Shown: positions 20,070-29,236 of the stretch, in pieces
Numbering within the stretch: position 1 is the first letter of the stretch
Layout of the letters: each line of letters starts with the position of its first letter
Origin: an uncultured Gemmatimonadaceae bacterium
GTDB taxonomy: Bacteria; Gemmatimonadota; Gemmatimonadetes; Gemmatimonadales; Gemmatimonadaceae
Reading direction: 5' to 3'
Length of the DNA: 64,000 nt
NCBI GenBank assembly: GCA_963740355.1
Contig: CAVUDW010000003.1
Location: 2,144,001 to 2,208,000, forward strand
Notes under the pieces: generated by a model
What the model was told of the DNA's origin: nothing
The model's input: the letters and a program-made list of their open reading frames with translations, nothing else
Database searches by the model: none
Position numbers and translations under genes: made by a program

Positions 20070-21413
20070 GTGTCCTCCTCCCGCCGTTCGTTCATCAAGC
20101 AGTCCGCCGCCGCTGCCGCCAGTGCGACACTGGCCAATGCCATGCCGATGGCGTCGACGTCAAGCGCGCGACGTGTCGCACCATCCGATCAGGTGAACGT
20201 GGGCGTCATTGGTGCGAAGGGGATGGGCTGGTCCGACATGCGATCGCACCTCAAGATCGCCGGCGTCAACTGTGTCGCCATCGCCGATGTCGATCGCAGC
20301 GTACTCACCGAACGCACCGAGGATGTCCGCAAGCTGCGAGGCACGGCGCCGCGCATGTACGACGACTACCGGAAGATGCTCGAGAGCAAGGATATCGACG
20401 CCGTGATCGTGGGCACGCCGGATCACTGGCATTGCCTCGCCATGACCGACTCCCTCGCCGCAGGCAAGCACGTATACGTCGAGAAGCCGATCGCACATAC
20501 GATCGAGGAATGTCAGGTGATGCAGGCGGCCACGCGGCGCTACGGCAAGATGGTGCAGGTGGGGCAGTGGCAGCGCAGCGGCACCCACTACGCCAACGCG
20601 ATCGACTACGTGCGTTCGGGGAAGCTGGGTCGGATCCGCGTGGTGAAGGTGTGGGCGTATCAGGGGTGGATGAAGCCGGTGCCGAAACAGCCCGACAGCG
20701 CGCCACCCGCCGGCGTCAACTACGACATGTGGCTTGGCCCAGCCCCGAAGCGGCCCTTCAACCCGAACCGCTTCCACTTCAACTTCCGCTGGTTCTGGGA
20801 CTACGCCGGCGGCCTGATGACCGACTGGGGCGTGCACGAGATCGACATCGCGCTCTACGCCATGAACGCCACCGCCCCGAAGAGTGTGATGGCGAGCGGT
20901 GGCAAGTTCGCCTATCCCGATGACGCCTCCGAGACCCCAGACACGTTGCAGGCCGTCTTCGAGTACGACGGATTCAACATGCTGTGGGAACATGCGACCG
21001 GTATCGACGGCGGCCCCTACGGCAAGGCAGAAGGCATCGCCTTCATCGGCAACAACGGCACGCTGGTCGTGAATCGGGGCGGATGGGAAGTCATCCCGGA
21101 AACGACCACCGAAAACGGCCTTCGCCTCTTCAAGACGCCCGCCCTGCCGCAGCAGTTCAACAACGAGGAGATCCTCGACCGGCACACGCTCAACTTCGTC
21201 GAGGCGATCCGCAAGAACGACGCGTCAGGCCTGAAGTGCGGCATCGATACCGGGAGCGTGGCCGCGATCAACGCCTCGATGGGCAACATTGCGCTCCTCA
21301 CCGGACGCAAGGTCCATTGGGACGCCGCCGCCAACCAGTTCAAGGGCGACGCCGAGGCCAACGCCATGATGAAGGCCAACTATCGTTCAGGCTACACGTT
21401 GCCGAAGCTCTGA
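20070..21413 (+). CDS. Tat-exported Gfo/Idh/MocA oxidoreductase
   Basis: SRRSFIK; IGAKGMG; GTPDHWH; KHVYVEKP; WFWDYAGGLMTDWGVHEID. Confidence 0.92.
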   Translation: MSSSRRSFIKQSAAAAASATLANAMPMASTSSARRVAPSDQVNVGVIGAKGMGWSDMRSHLKIAGVNCVAIADVDRSVLTERTEDVRKLRGTAPRMYDDYRKMLESKDIDAVIVGTPDHWHCLAMTDSLAAGKHVYVEKPIAHTIEECQVMQAATRRYGKMVQVGQWQRSGTHYANAIDYVRSGKLGRIRVVKVWAYQGWMKPVPKQPDSAPPAGVNYDMWLGPAPKRPFNPNRFHFNFRWFWDYAGGLMTDWGVHEIDIALYAMNATAPKSVMASGGKFAYPDDASETPDTLQAVFEYDGFNMLWEHATGIDGGPYGKAEGIAFIGNNGTLVVNRGGWEVIPETTTENGLRLFKTPALPQQFNNEEILDRHTLNFVEAIRKNDASGLKCGIDTGSVAAINASMGNIALLTGRKVHWDAAANQFKGDAEANAMMKANYRSGYTLPKL

Positions 21414-21456
21414 CCTCTCGACAGCGCCCGCAGCCTCACACCGAACGACGATCATC

Positions 21457-22512
21457 ATGGAACGAAAAGAAAAGATTGCGGTGATCCTCGCAGTCGTGGC
21501 CACGGCACTGGCGGGAACGCTGCACAGCATCGGCGCCAATGTGGTGCTGACCTTTGGCGTGACGGCGGCGGCACTGGCGCTGCTGGCGTTGATCGTGGGT
21601 GACGCGACCGAGCAACTCGGCAGCAAGCTCGGTCCGGGCGCCACTGGCATCCTGCAGTCGGCGCTTGGCAACCTGCCAGAGTTGTTCGTCTGCATCTTTG
21701 CGCTGCGCGCTGGCCTCACCGAGGTCGTGAAGGCGGCATTGATCGGCTCGATTCTCGGGAACTCGCTGCTCGTCTTCGGCTTCGCACTCTTCCTTGGCGG
21801 ATTGAAGCACGGCAAGCAGGTGTTTCAGTCCGAGCCGCCGAAGATGATCGTGACGCTGATGCTGCTGGCCGTGGCAGCGCTGATGATTCCGACCCTCGCG
21901 CAGGAGCTCCATGCGCCGGCCGGCTCGCACGAGGGCGCACTGAGTGTCGCCTGCTCGCTGGTGCTGCTGATCGTGCTTGCTGCGAGTATCTGGTTCTCGG
22001 TCAAGGGTGATCCATCCATAGCACCGACCGTCGTCGCCGAAGGGCATACCGTGTGGCCACTGTCGCTCACGATCGGGCTGCTGCTGGCATCATCGATCGG
22101 TGCGGCCTTCGTCTCCGACTGGTTTGTCGAAGGCCTGCAACCGGCCATGAAGGTGCTCGGTATCTCCGACGCCTTTGCGGGTCTCGTCGTGGTCGCAATC
22201 GCAGGCAACGCGATCGAGAACCTCGTCGGGATCCAGCTGGCGTGGAAGAACCAGGCGGACTACGCGGTGAGCGTCATTCTCAATAGCTCGCTGCAAGTTG
22301 CACTGGGCCTGATTCCGGCGTTGGTCCTGCTCTCGTTCGTGCTCGGCGGTCCGATCCTCACGCTCACACTGGCGCCATTGCTGGTCGCGGCGCTTCTGCT
22401 GACCGCGCTCGTGACGGCGTTCATCGTCTACGATGGCGAATCGATCTGGCTCGAAGGATTGGCGCTGATTGGCTTGTACGTGATCATCGCCTCTGCCTTC
22501 TGGTGGGGCTGA
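21457..22512 (+). CDS. Ca2+/H+ antiporter (CAX/ChaA family)
   Basis: Alpha repeats GNLPELF...GSILGNSLL and GNAIEN...NSSLQVAL; ~10 TM segments. Confidence 0.9.
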   Translation: MERKEKIAVILAVVATALAGTLHSIGANVVLTFGVTAAALALLALIVGDATEQLGSKLGPGATGILQSALGNLPELFVCIFALRAGLTEVVKAALIGSILGNSLLVFGFALFLGGLKHGKQVFQSEPPKMIVTLMLLAVAALMIPTLAQELHAPAGSHEGALSVACSLVLLIVLAASIWFSVKGDPSIAPTVVAEGHTVWPLSLTIGLLLASSIGAAFVSDWFVEGLQPAMKVLGISDAFAGLVVVAIAGNAIENLVGIQLAWKNQADYAVSVILNSSLQVALGLIPALVLLSFVLGGPILTLTLAPLLVAALLLTALVTAFIVYDGESIWLEGLALIGLYVIIASAFWWG

Positions 22513-22535
22513 GCGCACGACCCTGGCGTACGAAC

Positions 22536-22577
22536 GAAAAACGCGGCCGCCCTGAATCGAGGGCGGCCGCGTTTTTC
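22536..22577. terminator. Bidirectional intrinsic terminator
   Basis: GAAAAACGCGGCCGCCCT-gaatcg-AGGGCGGCCGCGTTTTTC, a perfect 18-bp inverted repeat between convergent genes. Confidence 0.9.
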
Positions 22578-22587
22578 TGCCTACCAG

Positions 22588-23247
22588 CTACTTGCGTGCG
22601 CTGGCGTTGGCGAAGATCGCGACTTCGACGCGACGATTGGCCTGGCGCCCCGCCTCGGTGTCATTCGGTGCGATCGCTTCGGTTTCACCGCGACCGGTGG
22701 CGCGCACACGGGCAGCGGCCACGTCCTGCGAGATCAGGTAGTCCGCAGCGGCCGTCGCGCGGCGCTGAGACAAGGACTGGTTGTACTCCGTCGCGCCGAC
22801 AGCGTCGGTGTGCCCGACGATCATGACATCCGTGTTCGGATACTTCGAGAGGCTGCTGGCCAAGGCCCGCAGGTTCTTCGCCGATTCGGCGCGCACGACA
22901 TCCGAGTCGAAGTTGTAGAGCAGGCCCGATGCGAAGGTGACCGTGATTCCTTCACCGACACGCGCCACGACTGCGCCCGGGATATTCTGCTTCAGCTCCT
23001 TCGCCTGCTGATCCATCTGGTGGCCAATGATCGCGCCCGCCGCACCGCCGACCACAGCGCCAATGATCGCGCCGCGCGTGGTGGAACCGGTCTGGTTGCC
23101 GATCACGCCGCCGAGTGCGCCACCACCTGCCGCGCCGATCACGGCGCCGGATTCCTTCTTGCCCCACGACGCGCAAGCGGTGGTGCTGAGCATCAGCGCG
23201 GCCATGAGCGCGAGCCGAGTATTGGTGTGCGCCAATGTAATTTTCAT
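22588..23247 (-). CDS. OmpA-family lipoprotein with glycine zipper (YiaD-like)
   Basis: STTAC lipobox; GAVIGAAGG repeats; IVGHTDAVG..EYNQSLSQRRA; NRRVEV. Confidence 0.92.
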   Translation of the reverse strand: MKITLAHTNTRLALMAALMLSTTACASWGKKESGAVIGAAGGGALGGVIGNQTGSTTRGAIIGAVVGGAAGAIIGHQMDQQAKELKQNIPGAVVARVGEGITVTFASGLLYNFDSDVVRAESAKNLRALASSLSKYPNTDVMIVGHTDAVGATEYNQSLSQRRATAAADYLISQDVAAARVRATGRGETEAIAPNDTEAGRQANRRVEVAIFANASARK

Positions 23248-23401
23248 CGATTTCTCAGTGTCAGTCTGTAGGGATCGCGCGCCGCGAAGAATTCGCTTGC
23301 GCCGTCGCGTCAGCACGCGACGTCCATGAATGCCATCCAAAAGAATATGCCAGCCACGGCGGCGCTATCTGTTTCCTCGCCACGCCACGAATGCATACCC
23401 C

Positions 23402-25987
23402 TCACAGCCAGCCGCGTCGCACCAGCAGCATCTTCACCAGCTGTGTCAGGATCAGGTACGCAGTAACCGTGCCGAGCAGCAGCGGCCAGTACGCTGCAGG
23501 CAAGGCGACAAAGCCGAGTGCGGATGCGAACGGCGACAGCGGCAGCCAGAGGCCCACCGCAAGGACTACCGACGTGACCGTGAGCAACGGCCAGCTCGGC
23601 CGGCTCTGGAGGAACGGAATCCGGTTGGTGCGTATGACGTAAATGACCAACGTCTGCGTCATCAACGATTCGACGAACCAGCCAGTCTGGAAGAGGCCTG
23701 CGTGCGCCGGATCATTCGCCCGGAGCACGAAATAGAGGAGCGCGAATGTGGTGTAGTCGAAGATCGAGCTCAGTGGGCCAATGATCAGGATGTAGCGGCG
23801 CAGCGCCGTCAGTGACCATGGCTTGGGCTTCGCCAGTTGCTCCTCATCGACATTGTCCGTCGGAATTGGCAGCTGGGAGAAGTCGTAGAGCAGATTGTTG
23901 GCGAGAATCTGGATCGGCGCCATCGGCACGAATGGCAGCCACGCACTGGCACCGATGACGCTGAACATGTTGCCGAAATTCGAGCTCGCACCCATGCGAA
24001 CGTACTTGAGGATGTTGGCGAAGACACGACGCCCTTCACGCACCGCATCGGTGATGACCATCAAGTTCTTCTCGAGCAGGATCACGTCCGCCGAATCCTT
24101 CGCGATGTCGACTGCGGAGTCGACGGAGATCCCCACGTCGGCCGTGTGCAGCGCTGGCGCATCGTTGATGCCGTCGCCAAGGAATCCCACCACATGCCCA
24201 CGCTGCTGCAAGGCGCGGATGATCCGTTGCTTCTGCCCGGGCGACAGTCGCGCATAGACGCTCGGCAGTTCAACCGCAGCACGGAGCGCGGCATCATCGA
24301 GGCCTTCGATGGCCGGACCGAGCAGCATGTGCTCGACCGGCAAGCCGACCTGGGCGCAAATACGCTGCGTCACCAGTTCGTTGTCCCCGGTGAGGACCAC
24401 GATGCGTACGCCATTCGCCTGCAACGACGTGATGGCCGCACTGGCGGAGTCTTTCGGGGGATCGAGAAAGCCGAGGAATCCGGCGAGGACGAGATCGCGC
24501 TCGTCGGCCACACCATACTTCGGCTGCTCCACGACGGGTCGACTCGCCACCGCCAGCACACGAAACCCATCTCGGCTCAGCGATTCGTACACGGACCGCA
24601 GCATCGGGCGGATCGCGTCGTCGATTGGCACGATGCCGCCGTCCAACTCGACCGCGGTGCACCTCGCAAACGTTTCCTCGGCGGCGCCCTTGGCAATGAG
24701 TCGGCGTGGCTGGGACGGCGCCTCGACCACCACCGACATCATGCGGCGACTGAAGTCGAACGGCACTTCGTCGACCTTCGTCCACGCCGCATCCTCCACG
24801 ACCTCCTTTGCCAGTTGGTGCGCCAGGATCGCATCATCGAGCACACTCTTCAGGCCTGTCTGGAAATGGCTGACGAGGTACGCAAGCCGGACGACATGCT
24901 CACTCTCTGCGCCGCGGATGTCGCAGTGGCGCTCGAGGATGATTGCATCCATCGTCAGCGTGCCGGTCTTGTCGGTGCAGAGAATGTCGATCGCGCCGAC
25001 GCTCTGGATTGCATCGAGGTGCTTCACGATCACCTTGCGCTTCGACATCGAGACGGCGCCGCGCGAGAGGCAGACGGAAAAGATCGTCGGCAGCATTTCC
25101 GGTGCGAGGCCAACGGCGACTGCCAGGGCGAAGAAGAACGCCTCCCGCCAATCGTGTTTCGTCAGGCCATTGACGAGGAAGACCAGCGGCGCCATCACGG
25201 CGATGATCCTGACCATCAACATCGTGAAGCCGTCGATGCCGCGCTGGAACTCACTCGGCGGTTCTTGCGCCTCGAGGCTGCCCACCATCTGCCCGAAATA
25301 CGTCGCCGCACCGGTGGCGACGACGACGGCGGTGGCCGTGCCACTCTGTACGCTGGTGCCACGAAAGCAGAGCGTCGGCATTTCGAGTGCCGACAGCGTC
25401 ACGCTCGGCGGCACGGCACTCTTCTCGACCGGGAGTGATTCGCCCGTCAGGCTGGACTGGCCGACGTAGAGATCCTTGGTGCTGATCAGCCGCAGGTCAG
25501 CCGGCATCATGTCGCCGGCCGAGAGCGTGACGAGGTCGCCAGGCACGACGTCGCGAACCGGGACCTCGCAGGGTACGCCGTCACGCGTGACGAGCGTGGT
25601 CACGTGCACCATCCCACGGAGCGCTGCCGCGGCTGCATCGGCGTGTGACTCCTGCACGAATCGCAGCCCGACGCCCACGGCGATCATCACGCCGATGACC
25701 GTCGCCGCACGGAAGTCACCCGTCGCAGCAGACACTACGGCGAGCACGATCAGCAGGAGGACCAGCGGGTTGCGCACCGCGCGCCAGAGTCGGGCGAACG
25801 CCCCCTCGGACTGTGATGCACGCATCTCATTTGCACCGTGCGTCGCGAGGCGCTGGGCCGCCTCGGCAGCGGTGAGCCCCTGTGGTCGGGACGTTAGCCG
25901 GGCCAGCGTGTCCGCTGGGCTGGTAGTCGCCAGTTCGACGAGCAGCGGATCGGCACGAATGTCACCGCGGCTCGCGGCCTGCTCCAT
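23402..25987 (-). CDS. mgtA: Mg2+-transporting P-type ATPase
   Basis: LTGESLPVEK, VAVGLAPEMLP, DKTGTLT, PFDFSRRMMS, GDGINDAP, SSNFGNMFS, QTGWFVESL; start uncertain (frame open to 26125). Confidence 0.92.
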   Translation of the reverse strand: MEQAASRGDIRADPLLVELATTSPADTLARLTSRPQGLTAAEAAQRLATHGANEMRASQSEGAFARLWRAVRNPLVLLLIVLAVVSAATGDFRAATVIGVMIAVGVGLRFVQESHADAAAAALRGMVHVTTLVTRDGVPCEVPVRDVVPGDLVTLSAGDMMPADLRLISTKDLYVGQSSLTGESLPVEKSAVPPSVTLSALEMPTLCFRGTSVQSGTATAVVVATGAATYFGQMVGSLEAQEPPSEFQRGIDGFTMLMVRIIAVMAPLVFLVNGLTKHDWREAFFFALAVAVGLAPEMLPTIFSVCLSRGAVSMSKRKVIVKHLDAIQSVGAIDILCTDKTGTLTMDAIILERHCDIRGAESEHVVRLAYLVSHFQTGLKSVLDDAILAHQLAKEVVEDAAWTKVDEVPFDFSRRMMSVVVEAPSQPRRLIAKGAAEETFARCTAVELDGGIVPIDDAIRPMLRSVYESLSRDGFRVLAVASRPVVEQPKYGVADERDLVLAGFLGFLDPPKDSASAAITSLQANGVRIVVLTGDNELVTQRICAQVGLPVEHMLLGPAIEGLDDAALRAAVELPSVYARLSPGQKQRIIRALQQRGHVVGFLGDGINDAPALHTADVGISVDSAVDIAKDSADVILLEKNLMVITDAVREGRRVFANILKYVRMGASSNFGNMFSVIGASAWLPFVPMAPIQILANNLLYDFSQLPIPTDNVDEEQLAKPKPWSLTALRRYILIIGPLSSIFDYTTFALLYFVLRANDPAHAGLFQTGWFVESLMTQTLVIYVIRTNRIPFLQSRPSWPLLTVTSVVLAVGLWLPLSPFASALGFVALPAAYWPLLLGTVTAYLILTQLVKMLLVRRGWL

Positions 25988-26133
25988 GGTGGGCAGCGTG
26001 CCGCGTGGTCGGCGAACATGTCGGGCAGGCGCGAGGGCCACGGGAACTCTGGGGCGGCGGTAGAGGCGTGAAGGATGAAGCGATTTTCTGGAAGATACGA
26101 GGTCACGCAGCTTTCGAATCGCCATTATTCACG

Positions 26134-27444
26134 ATGCCCGTTTCCACCAGCTCATCCGACTGGCGCACTCGCGCCGTCGCCGCACACGACGCCGTCTCCC
26201 GCATCAAGTCCGGCGACAAGGTCTTCGTCCACGGCGCCTGCGCGACACCAACACCGCTGCTCGAGGCACTGGCGGCGCGCACCGATCTCGAAGGCGTGCA
26301 GCTCTACCACATGCACCTCGAAGGGCCAGCGCCCTTCGTCCTCCCCGAACAGCTGGGTCGCATCAGGTCGAACTCGCTCTTCGCGGGCGCGAATGTACGG
26401 GCAGCGATTGGCGAGGGTCGCGCGGACTTCATTCCCGTCTTCCTCAGCGACATCCCGTCGCTGTTCGCCGATCGTGTGATCGACCTCGATGTCGCGATCG
26501 TGCAGCTGTCGGTGCCCGACGCCCACGGCAACTGCACCCTCGGCCCCTCCGTCGACACGGCACTCGCGGCCAGCCTGCACGCCCGCACGGTGATTGCGGA
26601 GATCAACCAGCAGATGCCGCGCACCGTCGGCAACACCGCCGTGCCACTGCGGCGCGTGGACGCCTGGATGGCCTCCGACCGCCCGCTCCACACCCATGCG
26701 CAGTCCGCCGGAAGCGAGGTCGAAGACCGTATCGGCGAGATCATCGCCGCCCTCGTCGAGGATGGCTCGACCCTGCAGGTGGGCATCGGCGGAATCCCCG
26801 ACGCGGTGCTGGCCCGCCTCGGCAACAAGATCGGGTTGGGCGTGCACACCGAGATGTTCTCCGATGGCCTCATCCCACTCCTCGACAACGGCGTGGTGAC
26901 GAATGAGCACAAGGTCGTGCATCGCGGTCGGACGGTCACGAGCTTCGTCAACGGTTCGCGTGCACTGCTCGACTTCGTCGACGACAATCTGGCGATCGAG
27001 TTCCATCCCTGTGATCGGACCAACGACGCAAGCCTGATCCGCGAGAACCCGAAGGTGATCGCGATCAACTCGGCGATCGAGGTCGACCTCACCGGCCAGG
27101 TCTCTGCCGACTCCATCGGCCACCGGATCTACAGTGGCATTGGCGGTCAGATGGACTTCATCCGTGGCGCAGCGCTGTCGAAGGGCGGGAAGCCGATCAT
27201 CGCCTTGCCGTCGATGGCCGCCGGCGGCACCGTCTCCCGCATCACGCATGAGTTGAAGGGCGGCGCCGGCGTCGTCACGACGCGGGGCCACGTGCATTGG
27301 GTCGTGACCGAATACGGCGCCGTGAACCTGCATGGCCGGTCACTGCGCGAGCGTGCGGAGTTGCTGATTTCGATCGCCCATCCTGACGTGCGGGCTGAAC
27401 TGACCCGCCAGGTCCGCGCCACGCGCCACTTCATCATGCCGTAA
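26134..27444 (+). CDS. Acetyl-CoA hydrolase/CoA-transferase (4-hydroxybutyrate CoA-transferase-like)
   Basis: TLQVGIGGIPDAV, GVHTEMFSDG, YSGIGGQMDFIRGA, VVTEYG. Confidence 0.92.
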   Translation: MPVSTSSSDWRTRAVAAHDAVSRIKSGDKVFVHGACATPTPLLEALAARTDLEGVQLYHMHLEGPAPFVLPEQLGRIRSNSLFAGANVRAAIGEGRADFIPVFLSDIPSLFADRVIDLDVAIVQLSVPDAHGNCTLGPSVDTALAASLHARTVIAEINQQMPRTVGNTAVPLRRVDAWMASDRPLHTHAQSAGSEVEDRIGEIIAALVEDGSTLQVGIGGIPDAVLARLGNKIGLGVHTEMFSDGLIPLLDNGVVTNEHKVVHRGRTVTSFVNGSRALLDFVDDNLAIEFHPCDRTNDASLIRENPKVIAINSAIEVDLTGQVSADSIGHRIYSGIGGQMDFIRGAALSKGGKPIIALPSMAAGGTVSRITHELKGGAGVVTTRGHVHWVVTEYGAVNLHGRSLRERAELLISIAHPDVRAELTRQVRATRHFIMP

Positions 27445-27498
27445 GTGTCACGACGCAGAAAGCTGCGCCCGATGCCCTGCCCCCGTTAGTCTACAGGC

Positions 27499-28248
27499 AT
27501 GACACCCTGGGTTACCCGGCTCCTGATTGCCAACGTCATCGTCTACCTGCTCCAGATCACGTTCCCCGTGCTCTCGAGCGAACTCGCCTTCGTCCCAGCG
27601 CTGTTGTTGCAGCGGCCGTGGACGCTGCTGACGTACATGTTCGCGCACGGCAGCGTTTCGCACATCGCGTTCAACATGCTGGCCCTCTACATCTTCGGTC
27701 CTCGGGTCGAGACACGACTTGGCGGCACGACGTTTTTCCGGATGTACATGATTGCCGGAATCACCGGCGGCCTGCTGTCGCTGCTCTTCACGCCGTATGC
27801 ACCGATCATCGGTGCCTCGGGCGCGATCTTTGGAGTCCAGCTGGGTTTCGCGAAGTTCTTCCCACGCGATCGGATCTACATCTGGGGCGTGGTGCCGGTG
27901 GAGGCCCGCGTGCTGGTGGTGATCATGACCGCGATCTCGATCTTCGGCGGGCTGTCGGGCGGCGGCAACACGGCCCACTTCGCGCACCTCGGCGGCTACG
28001 TCGGTGCGTGGATCTATCTCAAGATTGCCGAGCGATTCACGCCATCGAAGCAGTGGGAAGCGAAACTCGCCGGACCGCCGCCAAACGCCATTCCAATGGG
28101 CGATTGGCGGCAAGTCGACCTCGCCACGGTCAATCAGTACAACCGTGACGAAGTGAAGCGCATCCTCGACAAGATCACTGCCACGGGCGAGGGCAGCCTC
28201 ACCAGCCAGGAACGTGTCTTCCTCGGCCACTTCACACCGAAGGTGTAG
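27499..28248 (+). CDS. Rhomboid intramembrane serine protease
   Basis: YMFAH...HIAFNML, IGASGA, AHFAHLGG. Confidence 0.93.
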   Translation: MTPWVTRLLIANVIVYLLQITFPVLSSELAFVPALLLQRPWTLLTYMFAHGSVSHIAFNMLALYIFGPRVETRLGGTTFFRMYMIAGITGGLLSLLFTPYAPIIGASGAIFGVQLGFAKFFPRDRIYIWGVVPVEARVLVVIMTAISIFGGLSGGGNTAHFAHLGGYVGAWIYLKIAERFTPSKQWEAKLAGPPPNAIPMGDWRQVDLATVNQYNRDEVKRILDKITATGEGSLTSQERVFLGHFTPKV

Positions 28249-28258
28249 CCTCGAACGG

Positions 28259-29092
28259 CTACGCCCGCGTCGCGATCACTTCGAGATATTCACCCAGCAG
28301 TGCGGTACCGCCGTCGATGGCGGTGTTGTGCGATGACCAGAGCTCGACCAGGTCCGCACGCAGCGCCGCCTGCTTTTCGGGGTCGAGGGCCGCGAACGCG
28401 CGATTGGTCGGCCCGTAGAATTCGCGGAAGAACTCCACCACATCGGCCGGTGGGAACGGATAGCGGAACGGGTACATCCGCTTCGTGATCTGGAGGTTGG
28501 TGACGCCGTCACGGAATCGGTCGCGCACGGTCGCCTCGTCGCCCCACAGCACTGGGGATGTCATGCCGGCCGGCGGTGGCACATGCTTGCCGTTGAGCTT
28601 GAACATCTGGCCGATGAAGCCACTCGGCGTCCAGTTGCCCATCACGATGCGACCGCCCGGACGGCAGGCGCGCTTGAGTTCATCTGCGACGAGGTTCGGC
28701 TGTGGAGCGAACATCGCACCGATGAGGCTGAAGACCAGGTCATACGAGGCATCAGGCACATCGAGACTCTCGGCGTCACCTTCGCGGAAGTCGATCGTGA
28801 TCCCTTCCTTCGCCGCACGCGCCTTGGCCTGATCGATGAGGTTCGACGCGATGTCGATGCCCGTGACGATCGCCCCGCTACGCGCAGCGGGGAAGGAGAG
28901 CTGGCCTGCACCGCAGGCCACGTCGAGGACTCGCTCACCAGCGGTGATGCCAAGGCGTGGATAGAACTCCATCGCACCGGCTTCCATGAAGGTGGCGAAG
29001 TGACCGTAGTCGCCCGCCATCCACATCGTCTTCAGCCGGCTCTTGAGGGCATCCATTTCGGGGGTATTCGCGGTCGTCAACACGGTCGTCAT
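28259..29092 (-). CDS. Class I SAM-dependent methyltransferase
   Basis: [28 protein letters not shown]. Confidence 0.92.
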   Translation of the reverse strand: MTTVLTTANTPEMDALKSRLKTMWMAGDYGHFATFMEAGAMEFYPRLGITAGERVLDVACGAGQLSFPAARSGAIVTGIDIASNLIDQAKARAAKEGITIDFREGDAESLDVPDASYDLVFSLIGAMFAPQPNLVADELKRACRPGGRIVMGNWTPSGFIGQMFKLNGKHVPPPAGMTSPVLWGDEATVRDRFRDGVTNLQITKRMYPFRYPFPPADVVEFFREFYGPTNRAFAALDPEKQAALRADLVELWSSHNTAIDGGTALLGEYLEVIATRA

Positions 29093-29179
29093 GACAGTCT
29101 CCTGATCAGGTCTTGATGCCGCCGCGTCGAGCCGGCGGTGCGAGTGACAGGAGAATGGCGCTTGGCAAACCTGCGCAAA

Positions 29180-29218
29180 CCGTGGAGACTACGGGGATAT
29201 TCAGGTCGCCTACGGGGA
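29180..29218 (-). promoter_or_regulatory. Putative LuxR-type operator upstream of the methyltransferase
   Basis: Near-palindrome CCGTGG-aga-CTACGG (29180-29194) plus a CTACGGGGA direct repeat with 21-bp period (29189, 29210). Confidence 0.5.
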
Positions 29219-29236
29219 CGAGACCGACCCGCGGTG

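Noticed and set aside
23337..23354. Sigma-54-like promoter (CTGGCATATTCTTTTGG, minus strand) before ompA
   Set aside because: Lacks the -12 GC at the required spacing.
25988..26133. MgtL-like leader or M-box riboswitch before mgtA
   Set aside because: The region is a short divergent gap with no recognisable leader peptide or conserved riboswitch structure.
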